Notes: generated by a model from the letters alone, not told the origin. Numbered from the stretch's first letter, positions 8,525 to 18,213 are shown. The stretch is DNA of 57,147 nt from Gemmatimonadaceae bacterium (GCA_036565685.1 DATCXR010000040.1:1-57147), one strand, 5' to 3'. Translations and numbers: made by a program.

Positions 8525-8692
8525 CTGCCTTTTCCGTAGAAGCGGAGCCGACAAGCCGCCCGGCCGCTCACCTGGCACTCACCTCCTTCGAGAGAAGCGA
8601 GCGACTCGGCTGACCCCGTATCCCGCTGGTTATATCGGCGCGTCAGCCGCGAGTCGTGCGGATCGGCTCCCTGCACATGCTGCGCACCAGCG

Positions 8693-8926
8693 CTAGCGGC
8701 AATCGTCGTCGCCGACTGACCGTACTTCCAGGATGCTGTCCACCCGGAAGAGGAACGGTGATCCGCCCAGATGGCCGTAATGACCAGGCCCCACTACAGT
8801 GCCCTGCCAACGCACATAGTAGCTGGAGTTCGCCTCTTCCTCGCCTTTTGCCTGGGGCCACTTCACGGATCCGCGTGCGACCTTCGAGCCGACGACCCAC
8901 GCGCTGTGGGAGCCGACGATGCTCAC
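8693..8926 (-). CDS. hypothetical protein (possibly a gene remnant)
   Basis: 77-aa ORF with GTG start. Third-position G/C bias looks coding-like (AGC ATC GTC GGC TCC CAC AGC...). No family recognised. Confidence 0.3.
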   Translation of the reverse strand: MSIVGSHSAWVVGSKVARGSVKWPQAKGEEEANSSYYVRWQGTVVGPGHYGHLGGSPFLFRVDSILEVRSVGDDDCR

Positions 8927-8974
8927 GCCGACCGTGTCGCTCGGCAGCGGATGGCGTTATGCATCGCCGTGAGT

Positions 8975-9115
8975 GTTAGGCCGCGCCGTGGGCCAGCCTA
9001 ACGGCCCGCGATCCTTGTTCTTACACTTGCGTATTCGTTTTCGCCAGCGGACTCTGCGCGACAGGGGAGGTGGGCGGGCTAGCCGCGTTAGGCTGACCGG
9101 CCCGGGCAGCCTAAC
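8975..9115. repeat. Two GTTAGGC-N14/15-GCCTAAC palindromes (REP-like), right flank of the blaI/blaR1 module
   Basis: GTTAGGCcgcgccgtgggccaGCCTAAC at 8975-9002. GTTAGGCtgaccggcccgggcaGCCTAAC at 9087-9115. Confidence 0.6.
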
Positions 9116-9324
9116 GCCTGTCGACGCCATAGCCCGTCTCACCACCCTCCAATGGCCACTGCGCCGCTTCGCACCCCCGGACGTGCTCACCCCCAAGCCA
9201 GTCGACTCCCCGCTGGCGAACCCAACCGCAAACCGCGGATCAAGCTGACGTACTGATCCGTTCACCCGCGCGTTAGCGCGCCAATTCCACCGCAACAACT
9301 CCCCATCCTCAACCGTAGATTCAG

Positions 9325-10071
9325 GTGCAAGCAAGCGGCCGCCACAGGCGCCGACTCACAACCCATACGGCGAGGCCCAGTATCGACATCGTGACGTCCA
9401 TACTCCCACGACATCCGAGCCGGCGCGTGGTCGCGTCGCTCTCCGCCATCCTGCTCGCGATGCTGCTCGTAACAGCCGTCGGACTTCCAGCGCAGGATTC
9501 GACCTCCACTCCCCGCGACTACACCGAAGCCGACGTCCACTTCATGCAGGGGATGATCGTGCACCACGCACAGGCCGTGGTCATGTCAGATTGGGCGCAA
9601 TCGCACGGCGCGCGCCCCGGTCTCCAGGTCCTCTGCAAGCGTATCGCCCTCTCGCAACGCGACGAGATAAGCGTCATGCAGCAATGGCTCCGCAAGCGCC
9701 ACCTCCCCACACCGGATCCACTGCATATGCTTGCCGGCCACGAGACCCACGTTCACGACAGCAGCGGGATGGGGATGCCCGGAATGGACATGGGCGACCA
9801 CCCGATGATGATGAAGGGGATGCTCACCCCGGAGCAGATGCGTCAGCTCGACGCCGCGCGCGACTCGACCTTCGACCGCCTCTACCTGACTGGCATGATC
9901 AGGCACCACGAGGGCGCGCTCGACATGGTCGCAGAGCTCTTCGCCACCCCGGGCTCGGGACAGCAGTCGGAGATCTTCGCTTTCGCGACCGACGTCGACG
10001 CCGGCCAGCGCGCGGAGATCGCGCGCATGGAAGCCATCCTCAACACGCTCAACAAAGGACAGACCCAATGA
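9325..10071 (+). CDS. DUF305 (ferritin-like four-helix) secreted protein
   Basis: Duplicated DUF305 motif FMQGMIVHHAQAVVMS ... LTGMIRHHEGALDMV. A signal-like segment ASLSAILLAMLLVTAVGLPAQ suggests the true start may be GTG 9391, in frame. Confidence 0.85.
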   Translation: MQASGRHRRRLTTHTARPSIDIVTSILPRHPSRRVVASLSAILLAMLLVTAVGLPAQDSTSTPRDYTEADVHFMQGMIVHHAQAVVMSDWAQSHGARPGLQVLCKRIALSQRDEISVMQQWLRKRHLPTPDPLHMLAGHETHVHDSSGMGMPGMDMGDHPMMMKGMLTPEQMRQLDAARDSTFDRLYLTGMIRHHEGALDMVAELFATPGSGQQSEIFAFATDVDAGQRAEIARMEAILNTLNKGQTQ

Positions 10072-12032
10072 AACCTCGGCACGTTCCTTCCCGCGGCCTT
10101 GCCGCTCTCTGTACCGCACTCGGCGCAGCATCGGCTCTCGCTCTCGCGGCGCCCGCCCCTACATACGCGCAGGCCAGCACCAATGATCCGCGCGTGGGAC
10201 TCAAGGCCGGCCTGTACGACGCCGCCAGCACCGCCAAGGGTCTCGATCTCGTGTCGAGCGTCAAGAAGCCGAACGTGTTTCACCCCGATGATCCGGGCGG
10301 CCTGACCTTCGCGAACTCCGACCTCGCCTTCAAGGGGAACTACCTCTATCAGGGCAACTTCAGCGGAATCCAGATCTGGGACATTTCCAATCCGGCGAAG
10401 CCGAAACTCACCAGGGCGGATCTCTGCTTCACCGAGCAGGGCGACGTCTCCATCTACCGCAATCTCCTCTTCGTCTCTGCGGAGAACGGCGCTAGCCGGC
10501 TCGACTGCGGAACCCAGGGGATTCAGGACAGCGTGAGCAAGGAGCGGATGCTCGGCATCCGCATCTTCGACGTATCCAACCCGCTGCAGCCGAAGCAGGT
10601 GGCAGATGTGCAAACCTGCCGCGGCTCGCACACGCACACGCTCGTCCCCGACCCGAACGACCCTAACACGGTCTACATCTACGTCTCCGGACTGGCGCGC
10701 GTGCGCTCGAGCAGCGAGATGCCCGGCTGCGAGAGCGGCGACATCACCGATCCGAACACTGCCCTCTTCCGCATCGAAGTGATCAAGGTGCCGGTGAACC
10801 ACCCCGAGCAGGCGAAGATCGTGAGCTCGCCGCGCATCTTCAACGACCTGACCGCACCGCCGACGCACGGCGCGGCCTACGCCGACACCGCGAACGGCGC
10901 CGGTGTGAACGCAGCGCGCCGCTTCCTAGGTCGAATCGGGCTCCCCGCCAGCACGACCTCCGGCGACTCCACCCGCGCGGCGCGTTACCTCTCGAACATC
11001 ATGACGAATGAGCCGGGCTCGAAGGAGTTCGAGGCGGCCAACGACTCGCTCAAGGCAATGGGTGTGGACCTCGGCATCCCGCCGCGCAGCCAGCGTCGCA
11101 GCAGCGGTCCGTCGCAGTGCCACGACATCACCGTCTACCCCGCGCTCGGACTCGCGGCCGGTGCCTGCTCGGGCTATGGCCTCCTGCTCGACATCCACGA
11201 CCCGGAGCACCCGACGCGCATCCAGGCGGTGGCCGACTCCAACTTCTCGTTCTGGCACTCGGCCACCTTCTCGAACGACGGCTCCGCCCTCCTCTTCACC
11301 GACGAGTGGGGCGGAGGCACGCAGCCGAAGTGCCGCGCCACCGATCCACTCGAGTGGGGCGCCGACGCGATCTTCACGCTGAAGGACGGGAAGCTCACCC
11401 AGGCCGGCTACTTCAAGATGCCGGCGGCGCAGACGCCGCAGGAGAACTGCGTCGCGCACAACGGGAACCTCATCCCCGTCCCCGGTCGCACGATCATGGT
11501 GCAGGCGTGGTATCAGGGCGGCACATCGGTGTTCGACTGGACCGACCCCGCACATCCGAAGGAGATCGCCTACTTCGACCGCGGCCCGATCGACTCCACG
11601 GAGATGGTCCTCGGCGGCTACTGGGGCAGCTACTACTACAACGGCTACATCTACGCGTCCGAGATTGCGCGCGGACTCGACGTCTTCCAACTGACGCCCA
11701 CGGCCGACCTCACGCAGAACGAGATCGACGCCGCGAAGCTCGTACACTTCGCCGCACTCAATCCGCAGAGCCAGCCGAAGATAACCTGGCCCGCCGCCTT
11801 CCCAGTGGCGCGCGCCTACCTCGACCAGCTCGTACGCGACGACGGCCTCCCCAGGGATCGCACCACCGCGGTCGCGCGCGCGCTCGACGCCGCGGAGAAG
11901 GCGAATGGCTCGGCGCGCTCGGCCGCACTCACGAAGCTCGCCGGCGCGCTGGCGAACGACGCGAAGAGCGCGAGCGATACCGAGCGAGTACGGGCGCTGC
12001 AGGACGTGGTGCAACGGATGGCGAAGAGCTGA
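10068..12032 (+). CDS. secreted beta-propeller protein (LVIVD-repeat-like)
   Basis: The track ORF 9591..12032 is over-extended. ATG 10068 (ATGA overlap with the DUF305 stop) gives signal peptide MKPRHVPSRGLAALCTALGAASALALAAPAPTYAQA. Repeated ...GIQIWDISNPAKPK..., ...GIRIFDVSNPLQPKQV..., ...GLDVFQL... units resemble LVIVD repeats. Confidence 0.7.
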   Translation: MKPRHVPSRGLAALCTALGAASALALAAPAPTYAQASTNDPRVGLKAGLYDAASTAKGLDLVSSVKKPNVFHPDDPGGLTFANSDLAFKGNYLYQGNFSGIQIWDISNPAKPKLTRADLCFTEQGDVSIYRNLLFVSAENGASRLDCGTQGIQDSVSKERMLGIRIFDVSNPLQPKQVADVQTCRGSHTHTLVPDPNDPNTVYIYVSGLARVRSSSEMPGCESGDITDPNTALFRIEVIKVPVNHPEQAKIVSSPRIFNDLTAPPTHGAAYADTANGAGVNAARRFLGRIGLPASTTSGDSTRAARYLSNIMTNEPGSKEFEAANDSLKAMGVDLGIPPRSQRRSSGPSQCHDITVYPALGLAAGACSGYGLLLDIHDPEHPTRIQAVADSNFSFWHSATFSNDGSALLFTDEWGGGTQPKCRATDPLEWGADAIFTLKDGKLTQAGYFKMPAAQTPQENCVAHNGNLIPVPGRTIMVQAWYQGGTSVFDWTDPAHPKEIAYFDRGPIDSTEMVLGGYWGSYYYNGYIYASEIARGLDVFQLTPTADLTQNEIDAAKLVHFAALNPQSQPKITWPAAFPVARAYLDQLVRDDGLPRDRTTAVARALDAAEKANGSARSAALTKLAGALANDAKSASDTERVRALQDVVQRMAKS

Positions 12033-12070
12033 GGGCCGCGACGCGGCATCGGCCCGCACCACGTACATGA

Positions 12071-12108
12071 AGAGAGGGCGCACCGATCGGTGCGCCCTCT
12101 CTCTTTTC
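12071..12108. terminator. Bidirectional intrinsic terminator between convergent genes
   Basis: AGAGAGGGCGCACC-gatc-GGTGCGCCCTCTCT followed by CTTTTCTC. Lies between the stop at 12032 (+) and the stop at 12109 (-). Confidence 0.65.
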
Positions 12109-14343
12109 TCAACTCTCCGCCGGGAAATATTTCGCGAAGAGCTCCCTCGCGACTTCCAGCTCGTCGCCGCTCGGCCTCACCGGATAGCAGTCCGTCCGCT
12201 CGCACCACGCCTGCTCCCACGCGCACATCTCCTCGACGAACGGCGCGCGATCGAAAAGTATGCCATCCTCGATGGATGTTCGCAGCCGCGCGATGAACTC
12301 CTTCCACCGCGGCAGGTAGTAATCCCGGAACATCCCCTGCCACTGCTTGTGCGCGTACAGGTTGAGGTCCTCCCACTGACCTTCCGTGCAGCTCGTTCCC
12401 CACATCGTGATGATGTTGCGCGCGTTCCACTCGTACAGTCGCCGCTCGCCGTCGGTCGTCCCCCAGCTCTTCGCCGCTTCGAGCCACGGGCCGAGAAGAA
12501 ATTCGCGGCGCGTCCCCACGAGCGTGTCGAGATCGGCGAGCAGGCTGACGACCTGCTCCCCGGCGCGTGCGAGCGCGGCGGGCTCCCTCCGCGTGAACGC
12601 ATCCTCCACCGTCCTCACCAACGGAAGCCCCAGCTGGCCGAGCACCTGACGCGTGAGGTTGACGACATCGTAGCGGAAGGTGTCGCCGTGGCCCAGACGA
12701 GGCGCCGCCTCGAGCAGCATCGCCACCGCGCGCACCACCTTACTCTCGTCGTACGGCGCGACTGGGTACGAGCGGTAGTGCACTCCCTCCCTGTAGAAGC
12801 CCGGGCGCTCCACCAGAAAGTTTCCCGTCTGCGAGGCAGTGCGGTACACGGTCGCCAGCAGCATCTGCCACGCGCGCCACGCCAGTGCGTTCGGCTCGCC
12901 GTAGCGCCGGCGGATGTACTCGTGCAGCCACGGACCCACGACCGGCGCGCGCCTGCGCCAGATCATGTCGAGCACGAAGTCCGGGATAACCGGATTGTAA
13001 CCGATCCCCTCCATGGCCATCCCGATCCCCTCGAGCCGACCGTGATACGGGCTGGCGATGGCCATCTGGAGATTGCGCGCGATCCCCCGAAGGTCGCCGT
13101 GCGCGCTGACCTGGTCGCCGAAGTTGTAGAGCACGTTCCAGATCCACGGCTTCCCGTAGAACGCCTCGTGCTCCACCCACACCGGATGCGCGTCGCCGTA
13201 CAGATCGAGTACCAGAACCCCATCGTCCGGCACACCGCGAAGGAGCGCACGGGTCTGCGGCTCCTTCCAGAAGCTCGATTTGTAGAAGAGAAACCACGCC
13301 TGGAGCACCCACACCGCCTCCGGATCCGCCACCCGCATCGGCTCGTAGATGGCGCGTCCCATCGCCTCCAGGAAAGCGGGATCGTCGGTGGGCGGGTCGA
13401 TCTCGTTGAAAGGATCGGCCGCGTAGTGGTGATCCGTGCCGTACAGCTCACGCTGTCGCTCGATGAACGCGGTACCGATTTCCAGGAAGAGTGGATCACG
13501 CGGATCGAGAAACCAGGTGCCGCCGAACCCAGCGCACCAATCGCCAGTCTGGTGAATCGTGGCGGAGGGAATCACTTCCGTGAGAGATTGGGGCACATGC
13601 CCCGTGAATCCCTGCAGCACCGGCGTCATCCCGAGCTCGCGCTCGCGCGCGAGGATCCTCCGTTCCAGCTCGATGTGCTCGGCAATCCACTGGTCGGGAA
13701 GCGGACCGCCGAGCAGGTCGACGTTCCCCATCCACCCCCAGGGGAGATAGGCGGGCCCCACGAGGAAGTTTCTGATCTGTTCGTCGCTGAAGCCGATATC
13801 GCGGAGCACCAGCTGCCAGGTAGCCTCCTGGCCGGTGATGGCGAGCGGCAGGTTCACCCCCTTGAGCGCCATCCAGTCAATGAGCTTCTCCCAATCTCTC
13901 CATCTCCACCACGCCATGCTGTAGGCGAACGTGCAGTAATTGAGGAAGTAGCGGTGACGATACGGCGTGGTGACGCGCGCGCGCCGCCGAACTCCTGGAA
14001 GCGGTAGAGGGAGATCGATCGGCTCGAGCGGGTTGGTCACGTTCATCCCGACGGGGTGCTCGATGTACCAGTTGAGAGCCGAGGCAAGGGCGACCCCACT
14101 GGAGCCGCGCAGGATCACCTTCCCGTTCCGGCTCTCCACCTCGAAGTTGTCGCGACCGTCGACGTGCGGGATCTCCTCGAGCACGAAGCAGCTCGCCGCT
14201 CCTGGAACGACCCGCGCAACAAGCGCCTCGGCGGCCCGCAGCTGCCGCGACGCTTCCGGCGGCGACGGAGAGTGTGATCTTGCCGCGCTCAACCCAGCTC
14301 GCCGCGATCGACCGCGGCCTGTCGCGCGAGCGCTTCGCGCCAA
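12109..14343 (-). CDS. alpha-N-acetylglucosaminidase (glycoside hydrolase family 89, NAGLU-like)
   Basis: 744 aa. NAGLU N-domain, TIM-barrel and C-domain patterns: ...YRYFLNYCTFAYSMAWWRWRDWEKLIDWMALKGVNLPLAITGQEATW..., ...LVGPAYLPWGWMGN.... The start is uncertain: ATG 14343 overlaps the upstream gene by 55 nt. Confidence 0.9.
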   Translation of the reverse strand: MARSARATGRGRSRRAGLSAARSHSPSPPEASRQLRAAEALVARVVPGAASCFVLEEIPHVDGRDNFEVESRNGKVILRGSSGVALASALNWYIEHPVGMNVTNPLEPIDLPLPLPGVRRRARVTTPYRHRYFLNYCTFAYSMAWWRWRDWEKLIDWMALKGVNLPLAITGQEATWQLVLRDIGFSDEQIRNFLVGPAYLPWGWMGNVDLLGGPLPDQWIAEHIELERRILARERELGMTPVLQGFTGHVPQSLTEVIPSATIHQTGDWCAGFGGTWFLDPRDPLFLEIGTAFIERQRELYGTDHHYAADPFNEIDPPTDDPAFLEAMGRAIYEPMRVADPEAVWVLQAWFLFYKSSFWKEPQTRALLRGVPDDGVLVLDLYGDAHPVWVEHEAFYGKPWIWNVLYNFGDQVSAHGDLRGIARNLQMAIASPYHGRLEGIGMAMEGIGYNPVIPDFVLDMIWRRRAPVVGPWLHEYIRRRYGEPNALAWRAWQMLLATVYRTASQTGNFLVERPGFYREGVHYRSYPVAPYDESKVVRAVAMLLEAAPRLGHGDTFRYDVVNLTRQVLGQLGLPLVRTVEDAFTRREPAALARAGEQVVSLLADLDTLVGTRREFLLGPWLEAAKSWGTTDGERRLYEWNARNIITMWGTSCTEGQWEDLNLYAHKQWQGMFRDYYLPRWKEFIARLRTSIEDGILFDRAPFVEEMCAWEQAWCERTDCYPVRPSGDELEVARELFAKYFPAES

Positions 14344-14891
14344 TCGATGGCGGGTGCCACTTCCGCATCCTCGAGCGCCAGGCTGGCCGCTGCCCGTTCC
14401 ACGACGGGAGCGCCGATCTCGGGTGGAAGCGCGCGTCCGAACTCGAGCTCCGCGCGCCTGCAGAGCCGTTCCTCGCGCGCCATGTCGCGGTGCTCGGGAC
14501 TAACACCCATCTCGCTCACCCGCGCGTGGATCCCTTCGTGCACTATGGAACTGGCGACCGTGGCCGGACCGATGTCGGTCCGCGCGAGGAAGGTGAGCTC
14601 CGTGAGCACCGTGCGCTCGAGGGGGAAGTACGCGCCGCGGCAGGGGAAGCGCGCCACCTTGATGCGCAGGAGATCGCGGCGCAGGTGCGCGAGCCGCCAC
14701 GGCTGATACCGCTCGATGAGCGCCAGCGATTCATCCAGCCGCTCGAGTACCTGCGTCGTACTTATGTCCGGGCGCGTGTTCTCCACGATCACCTCGAAGC
14801 CGCGCAACTCGTGCCTCTCCATGCCTCTCGCCTCCGCAACGGCGCGCCGCAGGCGATCGCGCAGCTCGCCGAACAATCCTGTAGATGCCAT
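14289..14891 (-). CDS. hypothetical protein with HExxH motif (HEGIHAR)
   Basis: Track ORF 14289..14966. I prefer ATG 14891 (MASTGLFGELRDRL...) because it avoids overlap with the araC-like gene end (14911). No family recognised. Confidence 0.55.
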   Translation of the reverse strand: MASTGLFGELRDRLRRAVAEARGMERHELRGFEVIVENTRPDISTTQVLERLDESLALIERYQPWRLAHLRRDLLRIKVARFPCRGAYFPLERTVLTELTFLARTDIGPATVASSIVHEGIHARVSEMGVSPEHRDMAREERLCRRAELEFGRALPPEIGAPVVERAAASLALEDAEVAPAIDWREALARQAAVDRGELG

Positions 14892-14910
14892 CTGTCGTCG
14901 CTTTCCCAGC

Positions 14911-15864
14911 CTAGCGCGCTTGTACGCGCGCCCGCCGCCACGCCGCCGGCGACATTCCCGTCTCACGCTTGAAGGCGCGACTGAACGCGGCCTCGGAGTC
15001 GTAGCCGACGTTGGTACCGATGGCGGCCACCTTACTGGAGCTGTGCAGCAGCTGTTCCGCGGCGAGCTGCAGGCGCCAGCGAGCGAGATACGTCATCGGA
15101 GGTATACCCACGAGTTGCGTGAAACGTTCGGCAAGCACCGTGCGCGACGATGCGATCGTGCGCGCGAGCTCGGCGAGCGTCCACGCATGGTGCGGCCGCT
15201 CGTGCAGCTGCACCAGCGCCGGACCCACCACCGGGTCTCTGAGCCCCGCCAGCCATCCCGACTCGCGCGGCGGCAGCTCCTCCACGTAGCGGCGCACCAC
15301 CTCGATGAAGAGCAGCTCGGCCATCCGCGTGAGCATCGTCTCGCTGCCGACACGTCCCGCGCGTGATTCGTCCACCACCTGCTGCGGAAACTGCGCAAGC
15401 CAGCCGCGCGCGATGCCCGGCGCGAGGAGCTGTCGCGGGAGCGACGCGAGAAGTGGGTTGTAGGGACGCGTGTCGCATCCCAGGAAACCACACACGAACC
15501 TGGTATTGCACCCCTCGACAGGGCCGAGCACGACCGTTCCCGGGTAGCGAGCTGGCGTCGTGCCTACGCGTTGCAGGTTCACCCGCTCTCCCTCGATGCT
15601 CGACATGAAGTACGGATCGCCGTGCGGAAAGACGAGGACATCGCCGGGGTGCAGCTGCACCTGCGGTTTTCCATCGAGCCCTCCCCACCCCGTGCCTTCG
15701 AGGAGGATGTGGTAGGAGATGAGGTGCTCGACATCCGGCAGGACGCGCGGGACGAGCTCGCATGCCGCGGACGCGGCCACCGACCAGGGCTCGGCGGCCT
15801 CTACGAGGTAGAAGAAAGCGCCGTTGAGCCGCACGGCTCGAAGCACATCGGACAGTGGGTCCAT
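14911..15864 (-). CDS. AraC-family transcriptional regulator with N-terminal cupin domain
   Basis: 317 aa. N-terminus MDPLSDVLRAVRLNGAFFY (AraC cupin_6 type). C-terminal HTH ...WTLAELARTIASSRTVLAERFTQLVGIPPMTYLARWRLQLAAEQL...VGYDSEAAFSRAFKRETGMSP. Confidence 0.9.
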   Translation of the reverse strand: MDPLSDVLRAVRLNGAFFYLVEAAEPWSVAASAACELVPRVLPDVEHLISYHILLEGTGWGGLDGKPQVQLHPGDVLVFPHGDPYFMSSIEGERVNLQRVGTTPARYPGTVVLGPVEGCNTRFVCGFLGCDTRPYNPLLASLPRQLLAPGIARGWLAQFPQQVVDESRAGRVGSETMLTRMAELLFIEVVRRYVEELPPRESGWLAGLRDPVVGPALVQLHERPHHAWTLAELARTIASSRTVLAERFTQLVGIPPMTYLARWRLQLAAEQLLHSSSKVAAIGTNVGYDSEAAFSRAFKRETGMSPAAWRRARVQAR

Positions 15865-16065
15865 GATGGACTAACCTTCACCGCGCGCTCCGGCAGGACA
15901 AGTGCGCCGACGCGCAGCGCCACCTCCAACCGACCTCGAGCGAGTGCTACGGGCGAAGCGGACGCACGGACAGGAGATCCGGATTCTCCGTCATTCGCCG
16001 CGGGCGCGGGAGACGGTAGTGTAACGGCGATCGAAGGGACACTCACGTAATACCGCGAGAGGGAG

Positions 16066-16974
16066 ATGGACATGGGAAACGGAGAGACGACACTTCACGC
16101 GGCCCCGGCGCAGTCCGGCAGCCTCGTCGATTCGGCCAGCGGCACGCGCGAATCGCAAGCACAGCCGGCAGTGGCGAGTGATCCGCTCACCGAGCGATCG
16201 GTGAAGACGTGGAGCGCGGGCGCGTTCGACCGCATCGCCGCCGGCTACCGGGGCGAGGCGGAAGCGTTCATCGGCCGGCTCGCGCTTGCGCGCGGTCAGC
16301 GCGTGCTCGACGCCGCGTGCGGCAGCGGCAACCTCACGATCCCCGCCGCCCGCACCGGTGCTAGCGTGACCGGCTTCGACCTCATCCCCGAGCTACTGTC
16401 GGTCGCGGCATCGTGGGCCACGCGGGAAGGCCTCGACATCGCCTTCGACCAGGGCTCGGTGGAGGAGCTCCCCTACGCCGATGCGAGCTTCGACGTCGTG
16501 ACGTCGATGTTCGGCGTGATGTTCGCGGCGCGGCCGGAACGCGTAGCGGCCGAGCTCGCGCGAGTGACGCGGAGCGGCGGCCGGCTGGCACTCGCCACCT
16601 GGCCGCGCGAAGGATTCATCGGACAGATGCTGGCCAGGCACATGGCCTACATGCCGACCAAGAGCACGCTGCCGAGCCCGCTCCTCTGGGGTGACGCGGC
16701 CGTGATCCGCGAGAGGCTCGACGCACGCGACTGGAATGTCTCGGTCGCGCAACGGACTTTGACATTCCACTTCCCGCACTCCCCCGCCGGCACCGCACAG
16801 CTGTTCTGCACGTCGTACGGACCCACGGTGCGACTCATGGAATCGCTGGACGAAGAGCAGCGCGCGCTCTTCACGCGCGACCTGACCGACCACTGGGCTT
16901 CGCGTCAGCGAGGATCGGAAGAGAACACGGTGGTGGACGCGGAGTACGTGGAGGTGATCGCTACTCGGCGATGA
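16066..16974 (+). CDS. class I SAM-dependent methyltransferase
   Basis: 302 aa. Motif I VLDAACGSGNLTIPAA, post-I FDL, motif II/III region FDVVTSMFGVMF...GGRLALATW. Confidence 0.85.
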   Translation: MDMGNGETTLHAAPAQSGSLVDSASGTRESQAQPAVASDPLTERSVKTWSAGAFDRIAAGYRGEAEAFIGRLALARGQRVLDAACGSGNLTIPAARTGASVTGFDLIPELLSVAASWATREGLDIAFDQGSVEELPYADASFDVVTSMFGVMFAARPERVAAELARVTRSGGRLALATWPREGFIGQMLARHMAYMPTKSTLPSPLLWGDAAVIRERLDARDWNVSVAQRTLTFHFPHSPAGTAQLFCTSYGPTVRLMESLDEEQRALFTRDLTDHWASRQRGSEENTVVDAEYVEVIATRR

Positions 16975-17019
16975 GCCGCGCGACAGCTTGACGAGTAGAT
17001 CGCGACGGGGCGCCCGCGC

Positions 17020-18060
17020 TCAGCGCCCCGTTCGCGCTCCCTCGCTCGCCGGCCGCACCGGTCCCGATCCGGCGCCCGTCTGCTCGATGGCCCCGGCGAT
17101 CTCCTCCAGATCATCCGGAGTGAGCCGCAGCTTCGCGGCCGATATCCAACCGTCTATCTGCTCGGGGGCACGTGCTCCCGCGATCGCCGCCGTCACGCCC
17201 GGCCACGCGAGGACCCACGCTATCGCCACCGCCGAAACCGTGCTGTCGTGACGCGCGGCAATGGGGCGGAGAGCATCGCGAAGCGCGAGACTCCGCTCGA
17301 GATTCGGCGACTGGAACCGCGGCGAGCGGCGCCGCCAGTCGTTCTCCGGAAGGCTGGCGAGCCGCTCCGCGCTGAAGCTGTCCGTCAGAAGCCCCGACTG
17401 CATCGGGCTGTAGCAGATGACCCCCGTGCCGTGCTCGACGCACCAGGGAATCTCGCTCTCCGCGGCATCGCGACGGATCAGCGAGAGCGGCGGCTGCAGC
17501 GAATCGACGTGACGGATCTTCTCGCACCGTTCGAGAAGCTCAACGGTAAAGTTCGAGACGCCACCCCAGCGCACCTTCCCTTCATCGCTGAGCCGCGCGA
17601 CCTCGCCCCACGAGTCCTCCACCGGCGTCCCCGTTTCATCCGGCCAGTGGAACTGGTAGAGATCTATTCGCTCCACGCCGAGTCGCCGGAGAGATGCCTC
17701 GCACTCGCGCCTGATCGACTCGGGCGTGAGCATGCGTCGCGCCGGAGCCGTGAGATCGCTCTCATCCCACACGATCCCGCACTTGGTGAAGATGTACGGT
17801 CGCTCTCCCGCGGACCGCTCGCGCAGGAAGCGCCCTATGACTTCTTCCGCGTGTCCCAGCCCGTAAGCGGGAGCCGTATCTATCCAGTCGAGCCCGAGCT
17901 CCGCTGCGTGGCGCAGCGTATCGAGCGAGGCCTCGTCGTCCTGGGGTCCCCAGTTCATGAGACCCCCCGCGCCGCCAATGGCCCAGGTCCCCGTGCCGAC
18001 GCGGCTGATTCGTGGTCCCTCGCTCCCGAGCGAGCTTGTGGGTAGTGATGTCTCTATCAC
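17020..18060 (-). CDS. aldo/keto reductase
   Basis: 346 aa: ...GTWAIGG...IDTAPAYGLGHAEEVIG...IDLYQFHWPD...GVSNF.... Confidence 0.9.
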   Translation of the reverse strand: MIETSLPTSSLGSEGPRISRVGTGTWAIGGAGGLMNWGPQDDEASLDTLRHAAELGLDWIDTAPAYGLGHAEEVIGRFLRERSAGERPYIFTKCGIVWDESDLTAPARRMLTPESIRRECEASLRRLGVERIDLYQFHWPDETGTPVEDSWGEVARLSDEGKVRWGGVSNFTVELLERCEKIRHVDSLQPPLSLIRRDAAESEIPWCVEHGTGVICYSPMQSGLLTDSFSAERLASLPENDWRRRSPRFQSPNLERSLALRDALRPIAARHDSTVSAVAIAWVLAWPGVTAAIAGARAPEQIDGWISAAKLRLTPDDLEEIAGAIEQTGAGSGPVRPASEGARTGR

Positions 18061-18213
18061 GAACGATCATCCCGTGTTGAGTGCGCGAGCGATTCCCGCC
18101 GGAAACGTGCCGCTCACGCACCGCTGGTGGGAAGAGGTCAGGACTTTCCGATTTCGTGTAGCGCTCCCGCACGGCGCGCCGCGAGCGACGCGGCGAGGTA
18201 CATTGTACGCTGT

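Noticed and set aside
9591-10067. N-terminal 159-aa extension of the 813-aa track ORF
   Set aside because: It overlaps the well-supported DUF305 gene in another frame and is Arg/Pro-rich. ATG 10068 gives a clean signal peptide and an ATGA junction.
11905-14007. 700-aa plus-strand ORF (also 12740..13312, 12963..13499 and similar)
   Set aside because: It is antisense or in an alternative frame to the GH89 alpha-N-acetylglucosaminidase, whose sequence motifs are unambiguous. It is Arg/Pro/His-rich with no domain.
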